From contig OY762209.1 of assembly GCA_963665295.1 (NCBI GenBank), forward strand, positions 3,456,001 to 3,520,000: a stretch of 64,000 nt of DNA, given 5' to 3'. Under the pieces are notes generated by a model. It had not been told where the DNA came from, ran no database searches, and saw only the letters and a list, made by a program, of their open reading frames with translations. This stretch comes from Syntrophorhabdaceae bacterium (GTDB lineage: Bacteria > Desulfobacterota > Syntrophorhabdia > Syntrophorhabdales > Syntrophorhabdaceae). Shown in pieces: positions 19,750 through 29,296 of the stretch. Each line of letters opens with the position of its first letter. The stretch's first letter is position 1. Both the position numbers and the translations under genes were made by a program.

Positions 19750-21207
19750 ATGCAAATCAAGAATGAGCTTGCAAAGATTGTGGGCAAGGACTACGTAAGT
19801 GAAAGCATGAAGGATCGCGAGAAATACTCGCGGGATTACAGCCTCCTTCCTGCCGGACTTCCCGACGCCGTAGTGTGGCCGGGTAGCTCGGAAGAGGTAG
19901 GTAAGGTTGTGACGTGGGCTAACGAGAAGAACATACCTATAGTTCCGGTAAGTTCGAAAGTCCATTTCTACGGATGCAGCATACCGAAGCAGGGCGGCGT
20001 CGTTGTCGACCTTTCGAGGATGAACAAGATCTTTGAAATTGACACGGACAACCGTCTGGTAAGGTTTGAGGCCGGCGTAACGTGGGAACAGCTTACCACG
20101 GAACTGGCGAAGAAGGGTCACAGGGTCATTATGCCGTTACTGCCCCCGGGAGATCGCTCGGTACTGACCGACACCCTGGAGAGGGAGACACCGACAAACA
20201 TCGTGTACGACTACGGAGAGCCGATGCAGTCGGTTGAAGTTGTATGGCCGACCGGCGAGCTTTTCAGGTGCGGTTCCGCCAGCGTAAACGGTTTCCCTGA
20301 TTCAAAGTCAAGAGGCGCAAACCCATCAGGACCGGGCCTTGACTTCTACCGGTTTTTCCAGCTTGCCCAGGGTACCATGGGTATCGTCACATGGATGAGC
20401 TTGAAGATGGAGACAGTTCCCAAGATAGACAAGATATTCTTCGCACCTGTATATGATCTGGAATATGCTATGAATTTCCTGTACAGGATACTGCCGAGGA
20501 GAATCGGCCAGGAGTGTCTGTTGCTGAACAACACGGACCTCGCCGCCCTCGCCGCAGATTCAATGCCCGATGATTTCGACGAACTGCGGGCCAAATTGCC
20601 GCCTTGGACTCTTATTCTCACCATAAGCGGGCTCGTAAGAAGACCCGAAGAGAAGATCGCCTACGAAGAGAAGTTCCTTGCGGAAGTACTGAAAAACGAA
20701 TTCCCGAAGATGGGCCTTACGGACAACCTCCCTGGTTTCCCCGGGCTTGGCCGGAAACTCATGCCTATGTTGAGAGCCCCGTGGCCGTCTGACCTTCCGT
20801 ACTGGAAGAACCGTATAAAAGGTGGAGTACAGAATCTGTTCTTCATCACAAAGCCGAATCGCGCTTCTATGTTCATCGAGGTTATGGAACTCGTAGCAGC
20901 CAAGTACGACTATCCGTTCGGCGACATCGGAAGCCATATCCAGCCGATAGAGCACAACAGAGCCTGCGAGATCGAATTCAGCTTCTTCTACAATCCTGAT
21001 GATGCCGCTGAGAAAGAACTTGTGGCTGCGATGTACCGGGATGCCGCAACGGCACTGTTCAACGAAGGTGCGTTCTTTACGAGACCTTACGGAGAACTCG
21101 CCCCGATGATATATGACAAGGCCGCAGGATATCAGGCAGCCTTGAAACGGGTGAAAAATGTCCTCGATCCGAAGAACATTATGAATCCCGGAAATCTGTG
21201 CTTCTAA
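19750..21207 (+). CDS. FAD-linked oxidoreductase (VAO/PCMH/D-lactate dehydrogenase superfamily)
   Basis: PDAVVWPGS, VVVDLSRMNKI, GTMGIVT, LDPKNIMNPG; AAGGAGG RBS. Confidence 0.88.
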   Translation: MQIKNELAKIVGKDYVSESMKDREKYSRDYSLLPAGLPDAVVWPGSSEEVGKVVTWANEKNIPIVPVSSKVHFYGCSIPKQGGVVVDLSRMNKIFEIDTDNRLVRFEAGVTWEQLTTELAKKGHRVIMPLLPPGDRSVLTDTLERETPTNIVYDYGEPMQSVEVVWPTGELFRCGSASVNGFPDSKSRGANPSGPGLDFYRFFQLAQGTMGIVTWMSLKMETVPKIDKIFFAPVYDLEYAMNFLYRILPRRIGQECLLLNNTDLAALAADSMPDDFDELRAKLPPWTLILTISGLVRRPEEKIAYEEKFLAEVLKNEFPKMGLTDNLPGFPGLGRKLMPMLRAPWPSDLPYWKNRIKGGVQNLFFITKPNRASMFIEVMELVAAKYDYPFGDIGSHIQPIEHNRACEIEFSFFYNPDDAAEKELVAAMYRDAATALFNEGAFFTRPYGELAPMIYDKAAGYQAALKRVKNVLDPKNIMNPGNLCF

Positions 21208-21218
21208 GGAGGAAAAAC

Positions 21219-22535
21219 ATGCCAAATGATCGTTACGATACGCCAAAAACACCAGTTGCCCTGGATATAACAAAACTGGAAAATTTTAAGTATGATATGG
21301 ACCATTGCATTAAATGCAAGGGTTGCTATTGGGTTGAGCACAGCTACATGCCGGGCGTGAACTTCTCGGTAAGATGCCCCAGCAACTACTGGAACGATTT
21401 CGACTCTTACGGCGCCTTCGGTAAGATGAGGATAGGTCTTGGTATCATCGACAAGAAACTGGAGTGGACCGACAAGCTTCTGGAAATCATCTATGCCGAT
21501 CCGCTTTGCGGCGCTTGCGACGTAGGCTGCAAACGTAATCTGGACCTGGAAATAGGACTGACACTTGAGGCCCTGAGAGTCAAAGCGGTGCAGGAAGGGG
21601 CAGGCCCCATGCCGGCACACAAGAAGATTGCGAAGAATATAGACACGAAGCACAACCAGTTCGGCGCCCCCCACGAAAACAGAAAGAAATGGGTAACGAA
21701 GGACATCAAAGTGGCCGACAAGGCCGACACCCTGTATTTTGCGGGATGTTCTTCATCTTACAGAAACCCCGACATCGCGAAAGCGACAGCGAAGATCCTG
21801 AACGCCGCCGGGACGCCTTTCATGATGCTGAAAGACGAGTGGTGCTGCGGAAATACGGTTGTCTCGACGGGTATGATGGATGAAGCAAAGAAGATTGCGG
21901 AGCGGAACATTGCGGCGATCAAGGAGTCGGGAGCAAAGAGAGTCATCACGAGCTGCGCCGAGTGTTACAGGACGTTGAAAGTCGACTATCCGAAGCTTCT
22001 CGATATCGCAACGGCGGACCTCGGATTTGAGGTTATCCACCTTATCGAGTTTGCCGACGCTGCCATCAAAGACGGCTCGCTGAAGCTGACCCAGCCGGTG
22101 GACGTGCGGTTTGCGTACCAGGATTCATGTGGCGTGAGCAGACTTGCCGACCCGTGGACCCCGTGGAGCGGTACCCGTGGCTGGATGGGTTGCGTGGAGC
22201 CGGAACTGAAGAGGAGACGCGGCACAAAAGGACTTTACATGCAAGCCAGGGATATATTCAAGGCCATTCCGGGCGCCAAATTCGTTGAAATGCCGAGAAC
22301 GAGAGAGAACGCATTCTGTTGCGGAGCGGGAAGAGGCACAAAGGAAGCCTTCCCGGATCTCGCATCGGTATCCGCAAAACATCGGATCGAAGAGGTGAAG
22401 CATGTGAGTGCTGAGGCTCTCGTGGCTGCATGTCCGTGGTGCAAAAGCAATTTCTCCCAGGCAGTCAAAGAGAATGGCGACAACGTGAAAGTAATGGATA
22501 TTGCGGAACTTATCCTTGCCGCAGTTGAATCATAA
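21219..22535 (+). CDS. HdrD/GlpC-like Fe-S protein (ferredoxin domain plus two CCG domains)
   Basis: CIKCKGC...CP, LCGACDVGC, YFAGC, WCCG, SCAEC, YQDSC, FCCGAG, ACPWC. ATG 21219 follows AAGGAGG. Confidence 0.88.
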   Translation: MPNDRYDTPKTPVALDITKLENFKYDMDHCIKCKGCYWVEHSYMPGVNFSVRCPSNYWNDFDSYGAFGKMRIGLGIIDKKLEWTDKLLEIIYADPLCGACDVGCKRNLDLEIGLTLEALRVKAVQEGAGPMPAHKKIAKNIDTKHNQFGAPHENRKKWVTKDIKVADKADTLYFAGCSSSYRNPDIAKATAKILNAAGTPFMMLKDEWCCGNTVVSTGMMDEAKKIAERNIAAIKESGAKRVITSCAECYRTLKVDYPKLLDIATADLGFEVIHLIEFADAAIKDGSLKLTQPVDVRFAYQDSCGVSRLADPWTPWSGTRGWMGCVEPELKRRRGTKGLYMQARDIFKAIPGAKFVEMPRTRENAFCCGAGRGTKEAFPDLASVSAKHRIEEVKHVSAEALVAACPWCKSNFSQAVKENGDNVKVMDIAELILAAVES

Positions 22536-22546
22536 GGAGGTTGGCT

Positions 22547-24157
22547 ATGAGTATAGTGAAAGCTGCATATAATGCAATAGAGTCGATAGTTGGTCCCAAG
22601 TTTATCTCCGACGATCCGGCCATCTGCGAAGGCTACCGGTCGGGACCTGGTGGATACGAGAGCGGCCTCGGATACGAGCGTGTAATGACGACAATACCGC
22701 ACGCCGTAGTCATGCCGAAAACCACCGAAGATGTTCAGAAGATCGTAAAAATATGTAACCGTTATAAAGTACCTTACGTTCCCTACGCAACAGGGTTCTA
22801 TGGCCCCCGTTCACACTGCCATGTGGAGAACGAGCTTCTTATCGACATGAAGAGGATGAACTCCTTTGAAATCGACGAGAAACATTTTTGCATCAACGTA
22901 GGCCCGGGCGTCATCTATTCCCCGATCCAGCAGGAGTGCCTTAACAAAGGCGCGTATGTGGTTATCGGCGGCGGCGGCGCGCAGGCATCGGCTATCGCAA
23001 ACCTGATCGGCGACGGCTGGTCACCTCTGAGTCACAGGATTGGTCTGCCTCACAGACGTATCCTTGGTACCGAGTTGGTCCTTCCCGACGGCGAACTGGT
23101 GAAGATGGGTTCCCTTGCGAACGGCGACGACCCGTTCTGGGGTGACGGACCCGGTCCGGACCTGAGAGGTCTTCTCCGTGGTTTCACCGGTCTTCGCGGT
23201 TGCCTCGGCATCGTAACAAAGATGGCAATCAAGACCCTTCCTTTCCAGCCTGAGCCCCTTGTTCCCACAGGCATTTCACCCAACACGGGACTTGCCCTTC
23301 CCACGAACCGCGTAAAATGGATCAACTATCAGGTGCCGAGCAAGGCAGCCCAGATAAAGGCCATGTTCGAAGTAGGAAAGGCTGAGGTCGCCGGCGCAAT
23401 AACAAAGGTGCCCCTGTTCTGGCGTGCAATTAACAAGGCGGAGAGCAAAGAGGAGTTCTGGCAGTTGTGGGGTAAGGAAAACGAAGAGACAATCAAAAAC
23501 TTCTTCATCGTCCGTGTGCTGCTGATCGGCTACACCTCCGAAGAGCAGATGCAGTACGACGAGAACGTATTGAACGACATCATGGCCGAGTGCGGCGCGG
23601 TGCCCAGAGCAACGAGGCCTCTCGACGAATCTTGGATCAAGAATGCGGACTCGGCAGGTATGTGGCTCATGTGCGGTTCCTACGTCTCGGTTGATTACAT
23701 CATCGAGTCGCTGACTCAGGCCACCGTGCACGGAGAAAGCTACGCCGACACCAAGAAGAAATATACGCCACCCCTTATGCCCGATTACGGCGATCCGGGT
23801 TGGTTCCAGAGTTTTGAGTGCGGTCACCAGGGTTACTCCGAATTCCTCGTTTATTGGGACCAGGATGAGGACACTACCGGTGTCGATCATTTCTACGTAG
23901 AGACATCAAAGATGAACATCAAAGAGCGTTTCTATACCTCGCTCTTAGGCCCTCACCAGCCGATGTACCTTACAGGGCCGATGTACGGACCGAACTACCA
24001 TGAGTGGATGCTGAAGATCAAAGATGAATTTGATCCTCTCTGGGTATGTCACCCGCCGGTACCTCTGGCACACGATGAGTTCGTGGAACGTGCGGAGTGG
24101 ATGAGACCGCTGAAGGATTGGGAAAGCCCGAAAGAACTGCCCATGCCCAAGTGGTAA
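22547..24157 (+). CDS. Second FAD-linked oxidoreductase (VAO/PCMH superfamily)
   Basis: PHAVVMPKTTEDVQKIVKICN, LIDMKRMN, ELVLPDGELV, GPGPDLRGL, GCLGIVTKMA. Confidence 0.85.
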   Translation: MSIVKAAYNAIESIVGPKFISDDPAICEGYRSGPGGYESGLGYERVMTTIPHAVVMPKTTEDVQKIVKICNRYKVPYVPYATGFYGPRSHCHVENELLIDMKRMNSFEIDEKHFCINVGPGVIYSPIQQECLNKGAYVVIGGGGAQASAIANLIGDGWSPLSHRIGLPHRRILGTELVLPDGELVKMGSLANGDDPFWGDGPGPDLRGLLRGFTGLRGCLGIVTKMAIKTLPFQPEPLVPTGISPNTGLALPTNRVKWINYQVPSKAAQIKAMFEVGKAEVAGAITKVPLFWRAINKAESKEEFWQLWGKENEETIKNFFIVRVLLIGYTSEEQMQYDENVLNDIMAECGAVPRATRPLDESWIKNADSAGMWLMCGSYVSVDYIIESLTQATVHGESYADTKKKYTPPLMPDYGDPGWFQSFECGHQGYSEFLVYWDQDEDTTGVDHFYVETSKMNIKERFYTSLLGPHQPMYLTGPMYGPNYHEWMLKIKDEFDPLWVCHPPVPLAHDEFVERAEWMRPLKDWESPKELPMPKW

Positions 24158-24209
24158 GTATGAGTTGAGGGCGACCTCAGGATAAGCAAAAGAGTATCGG
24201 AAATACAGA

Positions 24210-24245
24210 GACTGGGCAGGCAATCAGCAGGATGCCTGCCCAGTC
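24210..24245. other. Perfect 13-bp inverted repeat after the FAD/CCG genes (terminator or mRNA stabiliser)
   Basis: GACTGGGCAGGCA-10 nt-TGCCTGCCCAGTC; no strong U-tract. Confidence 0.55.
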
Positions 24246-24322
24246 ATTCTGAATAGGGCAGGATAAAAGCAGGATGTTTGTAAATGTGAACATAAAGTGG
24301 CCCATAAGGGCTACGAAATAAC

Positions 24323-24352
24323 TTGATATGAATACATAAGTTGTTGTATACT
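24323..24352 (+). promoter_or_regulatory. Putative sigma70 promoter of the molybdoenzyme operon
   Basis: TTGATA-18 nt-TATACT in AT-rich intergenic DNA. Confidence 0.4.
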
Positions 24353-24473
24353 CGAAAAGGCCAATCGTTTGGCCCGGTGATATAGCTACGGAAATAGCGG
24401 CCCGCATGAAGCCGATTTTATAGATTAGATGTAAATTTTGTGGTTAAAGAAAGATACCAAAGGAGGTGAAAAA

Positions 24474-24734
24474 ATGGCAAAAGTTTCAAATGCCTGCCCG
24501 TTCTCAAGCAGGTCTTGCAGGGAGTGCGCCATTTACATCGGCAGGCATTCGCAGATTTGCATAGCGGCGAGGTACAAGAACGGAGTCAAACCTAAGCCGA
24601 CATACGGATGTACCCATCTGAAGTTCGAGTTTCCCACGGAACTTGTGGAGAGCGACGTTCGGCTTAAAGATCTGGAAGAACGAGAAGAAAATCTTCAGGA
24701 AGCGAAAATAGTCTGGAAAAGTGAAACAAGGTGA
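24474..24734 (+). CDS. Small Cys/His-rich hypothetical protein (86 aa)
   Basis: AAGGAGGT RBS; C-x6-C-x2-C-x6-H-x3-C motif. Confidence 0.7.
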   Translation: MAKVSNACPFSSRSCRECAIYIGRHSQICIAARYKNGVKPKPTYGCTHLKFEFPTELVESDVRLKDLEEREENLQEAKIVWKSETR

Positions 24735-24842
24735 GTTACGGGTTGGAGTCTTAAGGACATTCCGGATTGTCCGAAACGACTACTGGAAGCGGCTAATTAA
24801 AGTTGGAGACAGCGAAGAAAGTATTATGGAAAGGAGATAAGC

Positions 24843-25718
24843 ATGATACATGATTTTACGTACCTTAAACCCGGCACGGTCCAGGAAGCCCTGGCCATGC
24901 TCTCCGATCACGTGGATGAGTGTAAGATTATCTGCGGCGGTCAGTCACTACTTATCGTCATGCGGCAGGGCCTCATCACGGTAGACTACCTGGTCGACAT
25001 CAAGGGGCTCAAAGAGTTGAGCTACATCAAGTATGACGACAAAGAAGGCCTCAAGATCGGCGCCACCACGATTCACAGAATGATCGAAAAATCGGCGCTC
25101 CTCAAAGAGAAGTATCCTATTCTTTCGAAAATGGAAGAAAGACTTGCGTCAACGGCTGTCCGTAACTGGGGAACCATCGGCGGCAACCTGGCACACGCCG
25201 ACGCAGCGGGCGACCCTGCACCGGTACTCATCAGTCTCAACGCCAAGATTAAAGTAGGCTCGAAGAAGGGTGAGAGAGTAATGGCACTCGAAGAGTTCTA
25301 CACCGACCTGTTTGAAACAGCCATGGAGCACGACGAGATGGTCCTCGAGGTTCAGGTTCCTCCTCTGCCTCCCAAGACCGCGTGTGCATACAAGAAGTTC
25401 AACCTCCTTCAGAACGACATGGGCGTAGTCGGCGTTGCAGCGAAGATAACGGTAGACGCGAGCGGCACCATCACGGATGCAGCGATCGTCCTTGGCAACT
25501 CCGGTGTAACCCCCATCCGGGCAAAGAGCGCGGAGCAGGCCTTGATCGGCAAGAAGCCGGATGAGGCAGCTTTTGCGGCAGCGGGCGAGGGCGCCGGCAG
25601 CGATGCGGACCCTGTGTCCGATATCCACGCCTCCGATGAATTCAGAAGACACCTGGTGAAAGTCCTGACAAAGCGTATGGCAAGGCAGGCCTGGGAACAG
25701 GCTGTTAAATTAGGGTGA
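24843..25718 (+). CDS. Xanthine dehydrogenase family FAD-binding subunit (CoxM-type)
   Basis: GGQSL, RNWGTIGGNLAHADAAGD, DIHASDEFRRHL. Confidence 0.92.
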   Translation: MIHDFTYLKPGTVQEALAMLSDHVDECKIICGGQSLLIVMRQGLITVDYLVDIKGLKELSYIKYDDKEGLKIGATTIHRMIEKSALLKEKYPILSKMEERLASTAVRNWGTIGGNLAHADAAGDPAPVLISLNAKIKVGSKKGERVMALEEFYTDLFETAMEHDEMVLEVQVPPLPPKTACAYKKFNLLQNDMGVVGVAAKITVDASGTITDAAIVLGNSGVTPIRAKSAEQALIGKKPDEAAFAAAGEGAGSDADPVSDIHASDEFRRHLVKVLTKRMARQAWEQAVKLG

Positions 25719-25734
25719 GGGAGGCTTATACGAT

Positions 25735-26220
25735 ATGGAAAAGAAAGAGATAAAACTTATAGTCAATAAAGTGGAGTACGAGCTTTACATAAACCCCAAA
25801 ACCCTTCTTGTCGAGGCCATCAGGGACCACATCGGCCTGACGGGAACGAAAAGGGGTTGTGAGACGGTATCGTGCGGCGCATGCACGGTGCTGGTAGACG
25901 GCGCTGCCGTGAAGGGATGTTCTATCCTTGCCATTCAGTGCCAGGGACTGCCTATCACCACGTCCGAAGGCCTCGAGACCGACGGCAAGCTGGCTCCCAT
26001 CCAGAAAGCCTTCCTCGACGAAGGTTCCTACCAGTGCGGCTTCTGTACATCGGGGATGCTTATGGCTACCTCGGGACTTCTGATCGAAAGCCCGAACCCC
26101 ACCGTTGAAGAGATTAAGGATTCTATAGAAGGGAATATCTGCCGCTGCACAGGTTACAACAGTATCGTTCGGGCTGTCGAGCGAGTGGCAAAAGGTATGT
26201 ACAAGGAGGAGTCACTATGA
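25735..26220 (+). CDS. Xanthine dehydrogenase family 2x[2Fe-2S] subunit
   Basis: GTKRGCETVSCGACTV, QCGFC, NICRCTGY. Confidence 0.95.
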   Translation: MEKKEIKLIVNKVEYELYINPKTLLVEAIRDHIGLTGTKRGCETVSCGACTVLVDGAAVKGCSILAIQCQGLPITTSEGLETDGKLAPIQKAFLDEGSYQCGFCTSGMLMATSGLLIESPNPTVEEIKDSIEGNICRCTGYNSIVRAVERVAKGMYKEESL

Positions 26221-28526
26221 CGACAACGAGTCTAGCGAAAGAAAAATTACATGTTATCAATACCCATGTGCACAATATCGATGGTATTGCGAAGGTAACA
26301 GGCCGCGCAACCTACAGTTTCGACGTGAAACTGCCCGGGATGCTGTATGGCAGAATCCTCCGCAGCCCCCATCCGCACGCGAGAATAATAAACATAGATG
26401 CGAGCAAAGCCCTGGCCATGAATGGCGTAAAAGCCGTAGTGACAGGAAAAGACACCCTTGGCGTAAAACAGGGTATCTGGAGACGTTTTAACGAGCTTTG
26501 CGACGAGCAGATCCTCCCCGTTGAGAAGGTCCGCTATATCGGCGAGCCGGTTGCAGCAGTCGCCGCAGTGACGGATGAGATCGCAGAGAAGGCCCTCGAC
26601 CTGATCGAAGTCGAGTACGAGGTTCTGGAAGGCGTATACGAGCCGTATGAGGCCATGAAGAAAGGCGCCCCCGAGCTTCACGAGGGCGTAGAAAGAAACA
26701 TCAACGTCACCCGTCACATTGAGTGGGGCGATGTGGAAGAAGGTTTTGAGAAAGCGGACTATATCAGGGAAGACCACTTCTTCTGCGGCGGCCAGGCACA
26801 TATGTGCATGGAGACCAGAGCGGCAGTAGCGAGCTACACCCCGGAAAAGAAGCTGACCATCTGGCATTCAAACCAGTCTGCGTATTATATGCAGGGCCTT
26901 ATGGCCGGCGTACTTGGTATGAGAGAAGGCGACATCCGCGTGATCGCACAGTACGTGGGCGGTGGGTTCGGTGGTAAGTTCGAGCTCGACGGCGCCATCT
27001 TCTGCTCGTCGATTCTCAGCATGAAGACCTTCAGGCCCGTAAAAGTAGTATTCACAAGGGAAGAGGACTTCATCGCATCAAAGCGCCGCACCCCGATGCA
27101 CTATTGGGTAAGAACAGGCGTATCGAAAGACGGTAAGTTCCTTGCTCGCGAGTCGAGGGTTGTCAGCAACGGCGGCGCCTATACAGGCATGGGCGCAACA
27201 GCGCTCTACCTTACGGGTTTCTTCCACTCTTTCCCCTACAGATGGGGTGGATACCGTTATGACGGCTACAGGGTTTATACAAACACCCTTCCGTCGACTT
27301 CAATGCGTGGATTCGGCGCTCCCCAGGCGCTCTTCTGCTCCGAGCAGCAGCTCGAGTGGATCGCCAAGGACCTCAAACTCGATCCTATCGAGATGAGGCG
27401 GCAGAACGGCCATTATGCCGGTTACGAAGTCCCGGGCCAGGCTTTTATCGCAAGCTGCGGTCTGGATGAAGCATTCACGATCATGCAGGAATGGATGGAC
27501 AAGAAGAAAGCAGGCGGACTTCCCCCGAACAGAGGCATCGGTTTCTCGGCTGCCGGTTTTATGTCGGGTGGTATCTTCAACTGGTTCGATACACCTTATT
27601 CATTCTCTTCAGCAGTAGTCACCATCAACCAGGATGCAACCGTAGAGCTTCACATCGGCGCAACTGAGATCGGCCAGGGCTCCAACACTACAATGGCCAT
27701 TATCGCTGCCGAGACTCTCGGAGTAAAGGTTGAGGACATAAAAGTACATTCAGGCGATACAGACCATTGCCCGGCTGACCTCGGCGCATGGGGTTCAAGA
27801 CAGACCCTTATGACCGGTAACGCCACGAAGAGGGCTTGTGAAGACGCCAAAGCACAGCTTCTCGAATTCGCCCTTGCGAAAATGGGTCTTAACATCGTAT
27901 ACGACCTTGACATCGCAGATCGCTGGGTACACATCGTAGCTCGTCCGGAAAGGGGTATGCCCTTCGAAGAACTGGTGAAGATCGCCCTCCGCGGTAAAGA
28001 CGGACAGAGAATCATCGGTAGAGGTTTCTATACTCCTCACAGAAAGGGCATGATCTCCCCCGCATACAGCTATATGCTGCAGGGCGTGGAGATTGACGTT
28101 GATCCCGAGACAGGCAAAATCGAACTCCTTGACAGCCTTACCGCACACGACTGCGGTCAGCCTATCAACCACCTGGGACTTATTGGTCAGCTCGAAGGCG
28201 CATTTTCGATGGCAGCCGGTTATGGCTACCTCGAGTACATGCCTTACGAAGACGGCAAGCTCATGAACCCGAACCTGGTGGACTACAAGATGATCAGGGC
28301 GACAGAAATGCCTCCCACCCCGATCGCCGAGATCGATACCTACGAGCCGGAAGGACCGTACGGTGCGAAGGAAGCAGGCGAAGGTCTGACGAACCCGACG
28401 GCAGCAGCCATCGGCAACGCCATTTTCAACGCCTTCGGCATTCAGATGAAAGAGTGCCCGATCAGGCCGCATATGATCGTTGAGGCGTTAAAAGAAAAGG
28501 AAGCAAAAGAGAAGGCAGGCAAGTAA
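26217..28526 (+). CDS. Xanthine dehydrogenase family molybdopterin subunit, resembling 4-hydroxybenzoyl-CoA reductase alpha (HcrA)
   Basis: ILRSPHPHA, GGGFGGK, MRGFG, EIGQGSNT, GAWGSR, GPYGAKEAGEG. Confidence 0.9.
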   Translation: MTTTSLAKEKLHVINTHVHNIDGIAKVTGRATYSFDVKLPGMLYGRILRSPHPHARIINIDASKALAMNGVKAVVTGKDTLGVKQGIWRRFNELCDEQILPVEKVRYIGEPVAAVAAVTDEIAEKALDLIEVEYEVLEGVYEPYEAMKKGAPELHEGVERNINVTRHIEWGDVEEGFEKADYIREDHFFCGGQAHMCMETRAAVASYTPEKKLTIWHSNQSAYYMQGLMAGVLGMREGDIRVIAQYVGGGFGGKFELDGAIFCSSILSMKTFRPVKVVFTREEDFIASKRRTPMHYWVRTGVSKDGKFLARESRVVSNGGAYTGMGATALYLTGFFHSFPYRWGGYRYDGYRVYTNTLPSTSMRGFGAPQALFCSEQQLEWIAKDLKLDPIEMRRQNGHYAGYEVPGQAFIASCGLDEAFTIMQEWMDKKKAGGLPPNRGIGFSAAGFMSGGIFNWFDTPYSFSSAVVTINQDATVELHIGATEIGQGSNTTMAIIAAETLGVKVEDIKVHSGDTDHCPADLGAWGSRQTLMTGNATKRACEDAKAQLLEFALAKMGLNIVYDLDIADRWVHIVARPERGMPFEELVKIALRGKDGQRIIGRGFYTPHRKGMISPAYSYMLQGVEIDVDPETGKIELLDSLTAHDCGQPINHLGLIGQLEGAFSMAAGYGYLEYMPYEDGKLMNPNLVDYKMIRATEMPPTPIAEIDTYEPEGPYGAKEAGEGLTNPTAAAIGNAIFNAFGIQMKECPIRPHMIVEALKEKEAKEKAGK

Positions 28527-28557
28527 GAAATTCAGCCAATTGTGAAGGAGGTAATCC

Positions 28558-28791
28558 ATGGCAGTAGAATTGAAATTTAAATGCCCCGTGTGCGGAAAAC
28601 AGTATGAAGTGAGCCTGCAGGCGGCTCGGCACATATTTGGAACCGGTGACAAGAAACACCGTGACTGGGTTGATTCACAGGGAGTAAACTTTAAGGATCT
28701 GCTTGTTGAGCAGGCCTTGAATCCCGGAAACGCGAGTTATCAGACCGTAGCCGAGCTTGTTGAAAAGGCGCAGGCTGGTCTTAAGAAGTAG
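28558..28791 (+). CDS. Small protein with C2H2-like motif (77 aa)
   Basis: AAGGAGGT RBS; C-x2-C-x12-H-x8-H; lies inside the operon. Confidence 0.75.
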   Translation: MAVELKFKCPVCGKQYEVSLQAARHIFGTGDKKHRDWVDSQGVNFKDLLVEQALNPGNASYQTVAELVEKAQAGLKK

Positions 28792-28815
28792 GATTCTTAA
28801 ATTTAGGAGGCGTCC

Positions 28816-29268
28816 ATGATTATTGAAGGTGGTTTTACGGTCAAGGCACCGATTCAGAAGCTGTTTGACTTCCTGATGAAGCCGGAGACCGTCATGATGT
28901 GCATACCAGGCACAGAGTCGGTGAAGATTATCGACGACACGAGCTTTGAGAGCGTGCTGAAACAGCGCGTGGGCATTATCTCGGTAAGGCTTAAGTTCGT
29001 AACGAAGACGGTAAAGGTCGAGGCACCGACCCACGCCGAGTTCGAAGGCGAAGGCGAAGACATGACGAAGCTCGGTCATTTCAAGCAGAAAACCGTGTTG
29101 AACCTTAAGGAAGTTGCACCGGGCGAAGTTGAGTTCACCTATGCGGTAGACGTTGCAATCGTAGGGAAACTTGCTATGTTCGGCGACAGGGTTATGAAAC
29201 AGAAAGCAAAAGACACGGAAAAGGCATTTACGAAGAATCTCCAGGAGAAGCTGGCGGCTTTAGGTTAG
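28816..29268 (+). CDS. CoxG/SRPBCC domain protein
   Basis: MIIEGGFTVKAP...CIPG...VGKLAMFGDRVM; typical position after molybdo-hydroxylase genes. Confidence 0.85.
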   Translation: MIIEGGFTVKAPIQKLFDFLMKPETVMMCIPGTESVKIIDDTSFESVLKQRVGIISVRLKFVTKTVKVEAPTHAEFEGEGEDMTKLGHFKQKTVLNLKEVAPGEVEFTYAVDVAIVGKLAMFGDRVMKQKAKDTEKAFTKNLQEKLAALG

Positions 29269-29296
29269 TAAGCCAGAATTCCGGATCAAGTTGCAA

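Noticed and set aside
26217..28526. Aerobic CO dehydrogenase CoxL, suggested by the M-S-L order and CoxG
   Set aside because: The AYxCSFR active-site loop is absent; the region reads STSMRGFG.
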